Shown here in pieces: positions 21,076 to 31,710 of a DNA stretch of 64,000 nt. A model generated the notes under the pieces. That model ran no database searches, was not told the origin of the DNA, and saw only the letters and a list, made by a program, of their open reading frames with translations. Made by a program: the position numbers and the translations under genes. Source of the DNA: an uncultured cyanobacterium (GTDB taxonomy: Bacteria; Cyanobacteriota; Cyanobacteriia; PCC-9006; JAAUQQ01); NCBI GenBank assembly GCA_963718615.1, contig OY970368.1:3712001-3776000 (forward strand), given 5' to 3'. Positions within the stretch are counted from its first letter, which is position 1; every line of letters starts with the position of its first letter.

Positions 21076-21756
21076 TCATGGGTTCGGATACCATTGATTT
21101 TCCCATTGTTTCATCTGGTCAATCTCAGCTTGCTGGGACGTCATAATTGTTTGAGCCAAAGTTTTGAGTTCAGCCCTCTGAGTTTTCTGAGCTAAATCCT
21201 TGGCCATGACAACTGCGGCTTCGTGGTGTGGGATCATCGCTTGCAAAAATCGCAAATCATATTCCTCATTTGCTGGACCCAAATCAACATCCATGCGCAT
21301 GGCAGCAATTTGTTCAGGAGACATCGTCATCATGTGGTTCATGCTGGCCTGCCAAGCCATGGGGGTTTCGGAGGCTTGAGGATACCAAGTTTTGCGCCAC
21401 TGACGCATCTGGGCAATCTCTTTTTCCTGGGCGCTGATGATTCCCTGGGCCAACAGCTTGAGCTCTGGACGTTGGGTTTTAGTGGCCAAGTCTTGGGCCA
21501 TGATGAGTGCCCCTTCATGATGGGGAATCATGGCATCGATAAAGCGCAAGTCATAGTTCTCATCCGCTGGTCCCAAATCCATATTGTGGTTCATACCGTG
21601 GTTTCCCATGGTGTGATCCAGCGGGGCATTTGCGGGATTCGACGGTAATGGTTGCTGGGTCAGTTGAGTACAGGCTGAGAGGGTAGTTGCTAGGGCCAAT
21701 GAGAACAGAAATAAGCTTGACGGTTGACGAAGCGATCGCCGATGTCTTGGATTCAT
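21076..21756 (-). CDS. DUF305 (CopM-like) Met/His-rich metal-binding lipoprotein
   Basis: LSAC lipobox; two YDLRF..AMIPHHE repeats. Confidence 0.88.
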   Translation of the reverse strand: MNPRHRRSLRQPSSLFLFSLALATTLSACTQLTQQPLPSNPANAPLDHTMGNHGMNHNMDLGPADENYDLRFIDAMIPHHEGALIMAQDLATKTQRPELKLLAQGIISAQEKEIAQMRQWRKTWYPQASETPMAWQASMNHMMTMSPEQIAAMRMDVDLGPANEEYDLRFLQAMIPHHEAAVVMAKDLAQKTQRAELKTLAQTIMTSQQAEIDQMKQWENQWYPNP

Positions 21757-21821
21757 AAATGCTTGAGCCTCGTAATCCTTTTTGAGCGTATGTCGGGGAT
21801 AGTTGATGTCTGGTTCAAAGT

Positions 21822-24800
21822 TCAGTTTAGTGATGGAAACGCCATCTTCACCGAATCCGGTTGTTTGCGGGGCATCAGCCAAGGGCCGAATTTGGCATAG
21901 AGGGCTGGAATCACGAGCAGAGTCAGTGCAGTGGATGTACAAAGCCCACCCAAGACAACGATCGCCAAAGGCTGCAAAATTTCGTTTCCGGCTCCACTGG
22001 CGATCGCCAAGGGCAGCATCCCCAACGCCGAAGTCAGTGCCGTCATCAAAATGGCATTGACCCGCTCTAGGGAACCTTGAGTGATCACATCTTGGAGGTA
22101 CATGCCTCGGGCAAACTTGCTGTTGTAGTTGTCAACGAGCAACAAACCATTGCGTACTGCTACACCAAATAGGGTAATAAACCCAATCAACGAGGCAATA
22201 GAAATCACACCTCCGGTTAGGGCGATCGAGACAATACCACCCACTAAAGCGAGGGGTAAATTGAGCATGATCACGATCGTAGCGGGTAAAGACTTGACCG
22301 AAAAGAACATCAAAATTGCGATCGCAATCGCAGCCAAAATGCTATAGATCAGCAAATTATGGGTTGCATTTTGTTCTGCTTCAAACTGGCCGCCATACTG
22401 AATAAAGTAACCAGCAGGTAACTGGATTTCCTGACGAATTTTCCGTTGGATATCATGCACCACACTACCCAGATCACGACCCGCAACATTCGTGGAAACG
22501 ACGATGAGACGGGATACATCCTCCCGGTTGACTCCATTGGCTCCCATGCCGTAGTCCACCTTCGCTACGCTGCCCAAGGCAATCATTTGTCCGGTGGGGG
22601 AGGTAAGGGGAAGGTTACGGATGGCATCCAGATTGTTACGAACTGATTCTGGCAGCATCACCACCACGTCCAAGAGTTGCTGATTGTCTGGGACTTGGGA
22701 AACCACCTGACCGTTGAGGGCCGTCTCCACAGCAGCAGAAATATCGGCCATGCGCAGGCCGTAGCGGGCAGCAGCGACGCGATCGTACCGGATCTGGACT
22801 TGACGGATGGGCAGTTGGGGTTCCAGTTGTAGATCCACTAAGCCAGGAATCGGTTCAATCACGTCCCGCACCTGTTCACCCAGTTGGCGCAGTTCAGCCA
22901 GGTCTGGGCCAAAGATTTTGATGGCGATCGCACTTCTCACCCCCGACAACACTTCGTCCATCCGGTGGGAAATAAAACCACCAATATTCGGGGCAACACC
23001 GGGCAATTTGAGAAAGGCTTGACGCAACTGTTGAATGCTGGCTTCGCGGTCCTTAAGCGCCGCGTCACTCAGTTCCACATCGACATGGGCCATGCTCACC
23101 CCTGCACCATCAGCATCGCCAGGAGCCCGACCGGCTCGCACCTGCACCCAGTCGAAGAGCGGACTATCTTGCAAGGATTTAGACAAGGCCATCCCCGCTC
23201 GGTTGGTCATGTCCAGAGAAACGCCGGGAAATAGAACCATGGAATTGACCATAGATTTTTCCTGGAACTCTGGCAGAAAAACGCGGCCAAGGGAAGGAAT
23301 GATGGCGATCGCCGCCACCAATGCAGCCAGCGCACAGCTCAAAATAATTTGAGGGGCACGCAAGGCAAGATTGAGCAAAGGTCGATACAGTCGCTCGGCC
23401 CAGCGAGAAATGAAGGTCTCCTCTTGGGGAAGCGGTTGATTTGCCAAAAGAATCGCGCAGAGAGCAGGCGAAAGCGTCATAGCCACAAGGGTGGAAGCGG
23501 CGATCGACAGGAGATAGGCCAACCCCATAGGTGCAAAAATTCGTCCTTCCACCCCCGTCAAACTAAAGATCGGTGCAAACACAACGATGATAATCACCGT
23601 TGAAAAAATCACTGCCAAGCGCACCTCCACAGAGGTATCATAAACCACTTGGAAAGGATGTTTAGGACTGCCTTCAGCTTGGTTGCGGCGTAAACCGCGA
23701 TAGCAATTCTCCATATCTACAATCGAATCATCCACGACCGAGCCAATGGCAACGACAAGCCCCCCGAGTGTCATGGTATTGATGCCTAGGCCGAAGGCTT
23801 TCATTAGCATTAGACCTATTAACAGCGACAAGGGAATCGCACTGAGTGTAATGATGGCCGTGCGCCAATTCATCAAAAACAGCAGCATGATCACCGAAAC
23901 AATGGCAATACCCTGGATTAAAGAGGTACTGACATTACCGATGGCAGAATCGATGAAATTGGCCTGACGAAAAGTCCGAACCAGCTTCACATCCTCCGGA
24001 AAACTGGCTTTAAGCGAGTCCATGACCGCTTCAACGGCTTTTGTGACCGTGGGTGTATCAATATCTGGCTGTTTGTTGATCATCAAGACCACGGCGGGCT
24101 GGCCATTAAAACTTGCATCCCCCCGTTTCAGGGCTGCGCCGGTTTTGATCTCAGCCACATCACTCAACAGGATAGGTTGATCACCCTGAACCTTGATCAC
24201 AGATTGTCGCAAGTCTTCGAGGGACTGGACTTGGCCCAGGCCGCGCACGAGGAGTTCTTGACCTCCACCGATGAGGAAACCACCGGGCGCGTTGGAATTT
24301 GCGCCTTGGACTGCTGCGGTGACTTCGGAGAGAGAGAAGTTGCGATCGCGCAATTTCTGCGGATCCACCAGCACCTGTTCCTGCCGCTCTTCTCCGCCAT
24401 AAACCGTTACCTGGGACACCCCCGGCACCGAAAGAATCGGGTTCCGGATCGTGGATTCCACCAAGCGACGCAAATCCATCAATGACGTTTGACCTTGGCC
24501 GTTCACCGTGAAGGCATACTGCAAAATCGTTCCCAGCGGCGACACCAACGGCGAAATTTCTGGAGTATGGGTTCCCTCAGGGAGTTGTGCTACCACCTGT
24601 TGAAGCCGTTCGGTTACCACCTGCCGCGCTCTGTAAATGTCGGCATTCTGGTCAAACACCACATTGACCATGGAAAGACCCACCTTGGAAGACGATCGCA
24701 CCGTCGTCACACCGGGCAAACCATTCACGGCAGTTTCAATGGGAACAGTAATTTGGGTTTCCACCTCTTCCGGTGCGAGACCTGTTGCTTCAGTATGGAT

Positions 24801-24956
24801 ATCCACCTGAGGCGGCGCAAACTCGGGAAAGACATCCAGGGGCATTTGGCTCACACTCAAAGCCCCCCAAGCGGTCACCAGGATCGCTGCAATCACGATA
24901 AACCAACGCTGCACGATCGAATTTTTCAGCGTTTGATTGAGTAGGGAGTTCAACAT
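21822..24956 (-). CDS. CusA/CzcA-family heavy-metal RND efflux pump (NrsA-like)
   Basis: LDVFPEFAPP, GSVVDDSIV and ILMTALT motifs; 1044 aa. Confidence 0.93.
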   Translation of the reverse strand: MLNSLLNQTLKNSIVQRWFIVIAAILVTAWGALSVSQMPLDVFPEFAPPQVDIHTEATGLAPEEVETQITVPIETAVNGLPGVTTVRSSSKVGLSMVNVVFDQNADIYRARQVVTERLQQVVAQLPEGTHTPEISPLVSPLGTILQYAFTVNGQGQTSLMDLRRLVESTIRNPILSVPGVSQVTVYGGEERQEQVLVDPQKLRDRNFSLSEVTAAVQGANSNAPGGFLIGGGQELLVRGLGQVQSLEDLRQSVIKVQGDQPILLSDVAEIKTGAALKRGDASFNGQPAVVLMINKQPDIDTPTVTKAVEAVMDSLKASFPEDVKLVRTFRQANFIDSAIGNVSTSLIQGIAIVSVIMLLFLMNWRTAIITLSAIPLSLLIGLMLMKAFGLGINTMTLGGLVVAIGSVVDDSIVDMENCYRGLRRNQAEGSPKHPFQVVYDTSVEVRLAVIFSTVIIIVVFAPIFSLTGVEGRIFAPMGLAYLLSIAASTLVAMTLSPALCAILLANQPLPQEETFISRWAERLYRPLLNLALRAPQIILSCALAALVAAIAIIPSLGRVFLPEFQEKSMVNSMVLFPGVSLDMTNRAGMALSKSLQDSPLFDWVQVRAGRAPGDADGAGVSMAHVDVELSDAALKDREASIQQLRQAFLKLPGVAPNIGGFISHRMDEVLSGVRSAIAIKIFGPDLAELRQLGEQVRDVIEPIPGLVDLQLEPQLPIRQVQIRYDRVAAARYGLRMADISAAVETALNGQVVSQVPDNQQLLDVVVMLPESVRNNLDAIRNLPLTSPTGQMIALGSVAKVDYGMGANGVNREDVSRLIVVSTNVAGRDLGSVVHDIQRKIRQEIQLPAGYFIQYGGQFEAEQNATHNLLIYSILAAIAIAILMFFSVKSLPATIVIMLNLPLALVGGIVSIALTGGVISIASLIGFITLFGVAVRNGLLLVDNYNSKFARGMYLQDVITQGSLERVNAILMTALTSALGMLPLAIASGAGNEILQPLAIVVLGGLCTSTALTLLVIPALYAKFGPWLMPRKQPDSVKMAFPSLN

Positions 24957-24966
24957 GATTGCTGGA

Positions 24967-25608
24967 TTACTTCTTACGGGTACTTACGAAAACAATTCCA
25001 CCGATCAGCAGGGCTACCCCGCCCCCCAGAGCTGCCAACAAACTCGTAGAAAAGCCTCCAGAAGGCGCAGTATCCTCTCCCGCAACCAGGTTGCCTGAGA
25101 CATCGTGGCTGTGGGGAATGCCCTGGGCATCGGCTTGGGCATGGCTAACATCGCGGGTTGGCGGAGCAGCATTGTCTACCGGGGCTTCAGCCGTTTGGGT
25201 TTTGCGCGATTCTGCATAGAGCGAGAGGCTGCCTTGGGTCACCAACTGTTCACCCAAAGAAAGTCCATCTATCACTTCAATCCTTTCCCCCTGAGTTGCC
25301 CCAAGCATCACTGGCACAGGCTCATAGAAATTTTCGTATTGCACAAACACCAACTGTTTGCCATCGGACTCAACCAAGGCGCTGCTGGGAATGAAAACTG
25401 CACCACTCCCATCCGCTGCCGGTTGGATCGGCTCCACGACAATTCCCATGAGGGAATCGGTTTCCGAATTGACTTGAACTCGCTCAATGCCGCCTTCTGC
25501 TTGGAATTCGTCACCATGACCGACGTGGGCGGTGGCGATCGCTGGAAAAGACAAGACGATGCCCAGGATCAACAGGGTTTCAAGGAATAATGGACAATCG
25601 CGACGCAT
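24967..25608 (-). CDS. Short RND-associated periplasmic adaptor (NrsB-like)
   Basis: Signal peptide, AHVGHGDEF, MFP-like beta-barrel segment, HSH and C-terminal TM. Confidence 0.75.
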   Translation of the reverse strand: MRRDCPLFLETLLILGIVLSFPAIATAHVGHGDEFQAEGGIERVQVNSETDSLMGIVVEPIQPAADGSGAVFIPSSALVESDGKQLVFVQYENFYEPVPVMLGATQGERIEVIDGLSLGEQLVTQGSLSLYAESRKTQTAEAPVDNAAPPTRDVSHAQADAQGIPHSHDVSGNLVAGEDTAPSGGFSTSLLAALGGGVALLIGGIVFVSTRKK

Positions 25609-25682
25609 GGTTCACCCCTCGATAAAGTTCACGTAGATTTACGAAATGTTTCAATTGACTGCCATAGTCTGCCAGAGGGGGG

Positions 25683-25701
25683 ATGAAATTCGGATGAAAT
25701 C
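25683..25701. promoter_or_regulatory. NrsR/CopR-type direct-repeat operator
   Basis: ATGAAA-N5-ATGAAA (TTTCAT repeats on the minus strand) in the divergent promoter region. Confidence 0.7.
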
Positions 25702-25760
25702 AGCCTGGGTTCAGTAAAATCAAGCCCATGGCTCAAGACTGAGAGGGAATTAAGTCCTTT

Positions 25761-26456
25761 ATGCGGATCTTGCTCGTGGAAGATGAAGCGGATTTGGGAC
25801 AGGCTATTAAACAAGTCCTCATCAGCGAAAAGTATGTGGTCGATTGGGTGACTGATGGGGCACAGGCTTGGCAATGTTTAGATCCAGCTTGGACGGACTA
25901 TACAGTGGCGATCGTCGATTGGCTGCTACCCGGACTTTCGGGTCTCGAACTCTGCCAACGACTGCGACTCAATCAAAACCCCCTCCCTGTGTTGATGCTG
26001 ACCGCCCTAGGACAGCCAGAGCATCGAATTGAGGGACTGGACGCCGGGGCAGATGACTATTTGGTCAAACCGTTTGTGATGGAAGAATTGTTGGCCCGGT
26101 TGCGGGCCTTACAGCGGCGATCGCCCCATCTCTCTCCCCCGGCCCTCTCTGTGGGATGCCTCACCCTCGACTATGCCAACACCGCCCTCCAACACCACCA
26201 ACACCAGCCGCCCCAAACGATCCCCCTCACCGTTAAGGAATTTCAAATTCTGGCTTACCTGATGCAAAATCCCGATCGCATCCTCTCCAGCAGCAAAATT
26301 CGGCATCAACTTTGGGATTTAGAGGCAGAACCCATGAGCAATGTGGTCGCGGCCCAGATTCGACTGTTGCGGCGTAAATTTGCCCAGTACGGGTGTGAAT
26401 GCCCGATCGAAACGGTTCCGGGTCAGGGATATCGTTTTACGACCAGTGCTTGTTGA
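25761..26456 (+). CDS. OmpR-family response regulator (RppA/NrsR-like)
   Basis: MRILLVEDE, GADDYLVKPF and SNVVAAQIRLLRRK motifs. Confidence 0.9.
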   Translation: MRILLVEDEADLGQAIKQVLISEKYVVDWVTDGAQAWQCLDPAWTDYTVAIVDWLLPGLSGLELCQRLRLNQNPLPVLMLTALGQPEHRIEGLDAGADDYLVKPFVMEELLARLRALQRRSPHLSPPALSVGCLTLDYANTALQHHQHQPPQTIPLTVKEFQILAYLMQNPDRILSSSKIRHQLWDLEAEPMSNVVAAQIRLLRRKFAQYGCECPIETVPGQGYRFTTSAC

Positions 26457-26473
26457 TGGGTTGATGAGAGTCA

Positions 26474-27889
26474 ATGAGTCGTCAACCGCTCAACAGCCAA
26501 CCGCTTTTTCGCCACAGCCGTCTCCGTTTGGCCCTGTGGTATGCCTTGGTCATGGGGCTGATCTGGAGCCTTTCGGGGCTGGCTATGTATCGATTGTTAG
26601 TGCAGGCCAACTGGGTAGCCCTAGACCGGGAGTTGGAGGCGATCGCCGGAACCCTACACGATAGTCTAGAACCCATGCTTCCTGCTGAAGAAAATCCCAC
26701 CGGAGTTTTGCAGCAGATTTTGCCTGAACTTTGCTTGGCCCAACACCCCTGCAATCCGAATCCCAGCTTGATCCAGCGGCATACAACGGGCATTAGCGAT
26801 CGCACCACCTTCTATCTCCGCCTTTACAACCATCAAAGCCAACTCCTTGCCTACTCGCCCAACCAACCCGAGGGATTCTCGCCCGAATCCAGCTCAGCCC
26901 TATGGCATCCTGCCTCTGATGCGAACCCTTGGCAAACCCTCAACGGCAAAGACGGCAAGCGCTATCGTCAATTCACCCTCATTCTTCACGGTACCCATCT
27001 ATCAAAACGATCCTCTGGCCAAGCGGAGTCCCTGCATCATTCTTGGGGATATTTGCAGTTGGGTCGAACCTTAGCGGCTTTCGATGGTGAAGTTCAGCGA
27101 ATGCAGTGGATTCTGTTGATTGGATTCCCGGTCGTTTTGGGTTTGGTTGCGGCTGCTAGCTGGGGATTGGCAGGGTTAGCGATGCTTCCCATCTACAAGT
27201 CCTATCAACAACAGCAGCAGTTCACCGCCAATGCGGCCCATGAATCGCGATCGCCCTTAGCCAGTCAGCTAGCCACCATTGAAGCCATCCTACGCCTCCC
27301 CCCGAACAACGCCCAGGAGCTACAGTCCATGCTCCACACCGTTGAGCGCCAAGGACGACGCCTCAGTGTTCTGATCACAGATCTCCTCCTGCTCACCCGT
27401 CTGGAAGGTCAACCTGCCGAGCATCAGTCTCAATCCTGCTGCCTCAATGACTTGGTTAGCGATTTGGTCGAGGAATTTTTGGAACTGGCGATCGCCGCTG
27501 AAATTGACTTAGCCGCTGAGATCACGACCGAATCCATCGCGGTCCGGGGGAACGAGTCGCAACTCTATCGTCTGGTCTCGAATCTGATGGCCAACGCCCT
27601 ACAATACACTCCCCAAGCCGGTCAAGTGAGGGTTCGCTTGCAACGTGCCGAACGCTATGCTTGGATTACGGTCCAAGATACGGGCATTGGCATTGCGCCT
27701 GAGAATCAAGCTCGGATTTTTGAGCGTTTTTATCGTGTGGATGGCGATCGCTCCCGCCAAACCGGCGGCACAGGCTTAGGATTGGCCATTGCCGAGGCCA
27801 TTGTTCAGCGACATCGAGGTCGTCTAAGCGTGAAAAGTGAACTCCATCAAGGGAGCTGCTTTGGGGTCTCTCTGCCGCTGGATTCGTGA
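26474..27889 (+). CDS. Sensor histidine kinase (RppB/NrsS-like)
   Basis: H-box FTANAAHESRSPL; N, G1, F and G2 boxes; two TMs. Confidence 0.9.
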   Translation: MSRQPLNSQPLFRHSRLRLALWYALVMGLIWSLSGLAMYRLLVQANWVALDRELEAIAGTLHDSLEPMLPAEENPTGVLQQILPELCLAQHPCNPNPSLIQRHTTGISDRTTFYLRLYNHQSQLLAYSPNQPEGFSPESSSALWHPASDANPWQTLNGKDGKRYRQFTLILHGTHLSKRSSGQAESLHHSWGYLQLGRTLAAFDGEVQRMQWILLIGFPVVLGLVAAASWGLAGLAMLPIYKSYQQQQQFTANAAHESRSPLASQLATIEAILRLPPNNAQELQSMLHTVERQGRRLSVLITDLLLLTRLEGQPAEHQSQSCCLNDLVSDLVEEFLELAIAAEIDLAAEITTESIAVRGNESQLYRLVSNLMANALQYTPQAGQVRVRLQRAERYAWITVQDTGIGIAPENQARIFERFYRVDGDRSRQTGGTGLGLAIAEAIVQRHRGRLSVKSELHQGSCFGVSLPLDS

Positions 27890-28482
27890 ACTTCGCCCTC
27901 AAACTCAACCGCCTCATACAGATCGGCCAAGGCAATCTGCACTGGCACCGAAACCAACTCAATCGCCGCCTCCAAGCCCTGATATTCCGTCAACAGCCAC
28001 TGATGCTCTTCCTGCTTCGCGTAATGCTCTACATAGGCACAACGCTGGTCGATGAGCAGATATTCCTGAAAGGTGGCGATCGTCCGGTAATGGGCAAACT
28101 TATCCCCCCGGTCATAGCTCTGGGTCGAATCCGACAGCACCTCAACAATCAGCACTGGATTTATTACGGTATCCTTGCGATCGGGCTTGAGCGTTACCGG
28201 ATTTACGATCACCATAACATCGGGATAGGTGTACAAATTGACGGCTGGAATCCACAGCCGCTGATCCGTCACAAAAACGCTGTAGGGTTGCCGACGTAAA
28301 CCAAACCACAGCAAGGCGTTGAACGCACTCGTAAGCTGGTTATGGGCAGGGGTGCCACCGGTCATCTCTAGGATTTCTCCATTGCGAAATTCACTGCGCA
28401 CGGGTGACTCTACCTCTAAGGCCAAATACTCTTCAGCGGTATAGCGTTGCGTGGATGGGGGGATAGCAGCAGCAATCGTCAT
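27847..28482 (-). CDS. Uma2 family endonuclease
   Basis: YPDV, VEVLSDST and EYLLIDQ motifs. Confidence 0.9.
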   Translation of the reverse strand: MTIAAAIPPSTQRYTAEEYLALEVESPVRSEFRNGEILEMTGGTPAHNQLTSAFNALLWFGLRRQPYSVFVTDQRLWIPAVNLYTYPDVMVIVNPVTLKPDRKDTVINPVLIVEVLSDSTQSYDRGDKFAHYRTIATFQEYLLIDQRCAYVEHYAKQEEHQWLLTEYQGLEAAIELVSVPVQIALADLYEAVEFEGEVHESSGRETPKQLP

Positions 28483-28822
28483 AACTGGACAACTCCGTTT
28501 AAGCCACGGATTCAATCTATGGGTTTAATGCCTTGATTCACTTGCTTCGATTCTGATGGTCTAATTCTGACTCAATCCGGCTTGACTTAATCTAACAAAA
28601 ACTGCTTGATCATTAATTTTTATGTAGGATATGCACTTTTTTAACAATTGGCTGCATGGATTATGCATGGGTTCTGGTGTAAATTTGTGCCTTTTTTAGC
28701 TTTGAGGGGTCTCACGGCTGGGCTAGGCTGGTATGAAGGATTGAGTCAGGTCACCTTGGACTGACCCACATTTCCGTATTCTGGTTTTATCCAACGTTCT
28801 GTTAGACCCCCTAGAGACCCCT

Positions 28823-30412
28823 ATGAATGCAGCTGCGCTGTGGCAACGCTACCAAGACTGGCTTTACTACCACGAAGGGCTGGGCCTGTATTTAGATGTC
28901 AGCCGAATGGGGTTTGATGAGGCGTTTGTGGACAAGCTGAAGCCGAAGTTTGAGCAGGCTTTTGCGGCGATGGCGGCGTTGGAGGGGGGGGCGATCGCCA
29001 ACCCAGACGAAAACCGGATGGTCGGCCACTACTGGCTGCGCAACCCGGAGCTGGCACCGACACCGGAGCTAAAGCAGTCAATTATCACAACCCTGAGCCA
29101 AATCAAGGACTTTGCCCAGCAGGTCCACAGCGGTGCGGTGCGTCCCCCTTCGGGATCTCGGTTTACGGATATTTTGTCCATCGGCATTGGCGGGTCGGCG
29201 TTGGGTCCCCAGTTTGTGGCGGAGGCCCTGACTCCGGCGGATGCCATGCTGAAGATTCATTTTTTTGATAATTCGGATCCAGCGGGGATGGATCGGGTCT
29301 TGGGGGAGATTGGCGATCGCCTCTCCACAACCCTAGCGATCGTCATCTCCAAATCTGGCGGCACCCCCGAAACCCGCAACGGCATGCTCGAAGCCAAGCA
29401 AGCCTACGAAGCCCACGGACTGACCTTTGCTCAACATGCGGTAGCCGTCACGGGCACGGACAGCAAGCTAGACCAAGTAGCCCAGGGCGAAAATTGGCTG
29501 GGCAGTTTCCCTATGGAAGACTGGGTCGGAGGCCGGACGTCGGAATTGTCGGCGGTGGGGCTGCTGTCGGCGGCGCTGTTGGGCATCGATATCGACGGGA
29601 TGCTGGCGGGAGCCAAGGACATGGACGATGCCACGCGGGTAGCGGAGCTGAAAACCAATCCGGCGGCGTTGTTGGCCCTGTCCTGGTACTACGCGGGCAA
29701 CGGCAAGGGCGAGAAGGACATGGTGGTGTTGCCCTATAAGGACAGTCTACTGCTGTTTAGTCGTTACCTTCAGCAGTTGGTAATGGAGTCTTTGGGCAAG
29801 GAAGAAGATCTAGCTGGGAACAAGGTCTACCAGGGCCTCGCGGTTTATGGCAACAAGGGCTCGACGGATCAACATGCCTATGTTCAGCAGTTGCGGGAGG
29901 GGATTCCCAATTTCTTTGCAACGCTGATTGAAGTTTTAGAAGATCGGCAAGGCCCCTCCATCGAAGTGGAGTCGGGGGCAACGAGTGGAGACTTTCTCTC
30001 GGGCTTTTTGTTGGGGACTCGCGAAGCGCTCTATGAAAATGGCCGGGATTCAATTACGGTGACTATTCCCCAGGTTAATGGCCGTACGGTGGGGGCCTTG
30101 ATTGCGCTCTATGAGCGGGCTGTGGGGCTCTATGCGTCGTTGGTCAATATCAATGCTTACCATCAGCCGGGGGTGGAAGCGGGCAAGAAGGCAGCGGCAG
30201 CAGTATTGGAGTTGCAGCAACAAGTGGTTGAGTTGGTTCAGGGGTCTACAACTGCGTTGACGTTGGCAGAGTTGGCGGAGAAACTGGGGGCGGCGGATCA
30301 GGTTGAGACACTGTATAAGATTTTGCGGCATTTGGATGCGAATGGGCGCAGTGTGAAGCTGCAAGGCAATGCGGCTCAACCAGCGAGTTTAAAGGTTGTA
30401 GCGATTCGCTAA
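28823..30412 (+). CDS. pgi: Glucose-6-phosphate isomerase
   Basis: [23 protein letters not shown] and HQPGVEAGK motifs. Confidence 0.96.
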   Translation: MNAAALWQRYQDWLYYHEGLGLYLDVSRMGFDEAFVDKLKPKFEQAFAAMAALEGGAIANPDENRMVGHYWLRNPELAPTPELKQSIITTLSQIKDFAQQVHSGAVRPPSGSRFTDILSIGIGGSALGPQFVAEALTPADAMLKIHFFDNSDPAGMDRVLGEIGDRLSTTLAIVISKSGGTPETRNGMLEAKQAYEAHGLTFAQHAVAVTGTDSKLDQVAQGENWLGSFPMEDWVGGRTSELSAVGLLSAALLGIDIDGMLAGAKDMDDATRVAELKTNPAALLALSWYYAGNGKGEKDMVVLPYKDSLLLFSRYLQQLVMESLGKEEDLAGNKVYQGLAVYGNKGSTDQHAYVQQLREGIPNFFATLIEVLEDRQGPSIEVESGATSGDFLSGFLLGTREALYENGRDSITVTIPQVNGRTVGALIALYERAVGLYASLVNINAYHQPGVEAGKKAAAAVLELQQQVVELVQGSTTALTLAELAEKLGAADQVETLYKILRHLDANGRSVKLQGNAAQPASLKVVAIR

Positions 30413-30459
30413 TTGACCTATTGATTGGATGTTGGGGGATAGGCGGGGGCTAAGTACAG

Positions 30460-30558
30460 GGCACTGTCTTCTAAAGGAGTGATCAATGAATTTACGTTGT
30501 TGAGTGTCTTGAGTTTATAAGGCTTTCAACACCCATCACTCTTTAGCAGGTCAGTGCC
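30460..30558. mobile_element. MITE-like 99-bp element
   Basis: Imperfect terminal IRs GGCACTGTCTTCTAAAGGAGTGAT / ATCACTCTTTAGCAGGTCAGTGCC; no ORF; no clear TSD. Confidence 0.55.
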
Positions 30559-30615
30559 TCAGCAGCCTGTGAGCCGAGCGCTAGAATAGGTATACGCATG
30601 GTCATGGAGGTGGTA

Positions 30616-30861
30616 ATGACGCTTCAAGAATTGCAAAGGCAGGTTTTGGCTTTGGATGTGGGCGATCGCCTCATTCTCATCCAGTCGGTCATCCAGTCAC
30701 TCCAGCAAGAAATCTCACCTGCTCCTATCCTCTCCCAAGAAACAACGCCCGAGTGGGTTAAAGATTTGCACCCGCTGACCCAAAGCTTAATTGGCATTGT
30801 TCCTGTTCAGGATGAGCCGACAGAGAGCTCTGTGGATTATCTGGAGGAGAAATACCGTTGA
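30616..30861 (+). CDS. Putative antitoxin partner of the PIN toxin
   Basis: Small acidic ORF ending DYLEEKYR; overlaps the PIN gene start. Confidence 0.7.
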   Translation: MTLQELQRQVLALDVGDRLILIQSVIQSLQQEISPAPILSQETTPEWVKDLHPLTQSLIGIVPVQDEPTESSVDYLEEKYR

Positions 30862-31265
30862 GACGAGTGGTTTTCGATAGCGATGTGTTGCTGGATGTGT
30901 TGATGCAGCGACAACCTTTCTTTGTTGCTTCGACGAAGGCTTTGGATAGAGCAATTTCGGGCAGCGTTGAGGGATACTTGTCAGGTCATGCGGTGACGAA
31001 TCTTTTTTACATTTTGCGGCGATCGGTTGGAAGTGAGCAAGCACGAGCGTTGTTGCTCAGTTTGCTACAGCATTTGCGGGTGGCGAGTGTGACGGATGAG
31101 GGGATTCGTCAGGCGTTGGCGAGTTCGATGAGCGATTTTGAGGATGCGGTGACGAGTGCGGCGGCAGTCTTGGTTGGAGCGGAGGTGATTTTGACGCGCA
31201 ATGTTGCTGATTTTCGGGAGTCGTCGGTTGCAGCTATGACGCCAGCGGATTCTTTAGCTGGGTAG
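30858..31265 (+). CDS. PIN domain (VapC-like) protein
   Basis: VVFDSDVLLD, DFEDA and ILTRNVADF motifs. Confidence 0.85.
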   Translation: MRRVVFDSDVLLDVLMQRQPFFVASTKALDRAISGSVEGYLSGHAVTNLFYILRRSVGSEQARALLLSLLQHLRVASVTDEGIRQALASSMSDFEDAVTSAAAVLVGAEVILTRNVADFRESSVAAMTPADSLAG

Positions 31266-31281
31266 AATTTAGCTGTGTGTC

Positions 31282-31509
31282 TTGCCGCGATTTGTGATTC
31301 GGGCGATTGCCAATGAGCTTCAGCATCAGCAGCCTGTGGGCCGAAAGCAGGCGTTTTGGGCTGGGGTGGCGAGTCTACGGGCAGAGATGGAAGCTGAGGG
31401 GAGTTGGATCGATGTGGATGAGGTGTGGGGAGATGTGCGCGATTCCTGCGGAAGCTTGCGAAGCGATCGATCCACTGGTCGTGAGGTAATTCTGTACGCT
31501 GACTGTTAA
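31282..31509 (+). pseudogene. Antitoxin C-terminal remnant with a 24-bp repeat insertion
   Basis: FW...VWGDVRD-[SCGSLRSD]-RSTGREV, resembling Phd-type antitoxin C-termini. Confidence 0.5.
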
Positions 31510-31519
31510 ATCTGTAAGC

Positions 31520-31665
31520 CGATTTTTAGTTGATACCAATATTCTTTCTGAACCACTGAAGCCTCAGCCGAAATCCTCGGTTTTGGAACGGTTTGAGCTA
31601 TACACCGATGAAATCGCCATCGAGTCGGTGACCTGGCACGAAATTCGCTATCGTCTGCTATCTAC
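31520..31665 (+). pseudogene. N-terminal fragment of a VapC/PIN toxin
   Basis: RFLVDTNILSEPLKPQP...SVTWHEIRY; no valid start; truncated. Confidence 0.65.
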
Positions 31666-31710
31666 TCAGGTTATTCTAGGCATAGACATAAGGAATAATC
31701 TGGAGGTACC

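Noticed and set aside
20283-27889. tRNA-Ser-anchored genomic island carrying the metal locus
   Set aside because: The tRNA 3' end faces xth; no duplicated tRNA 3' fragment or adjacent integrase was seen
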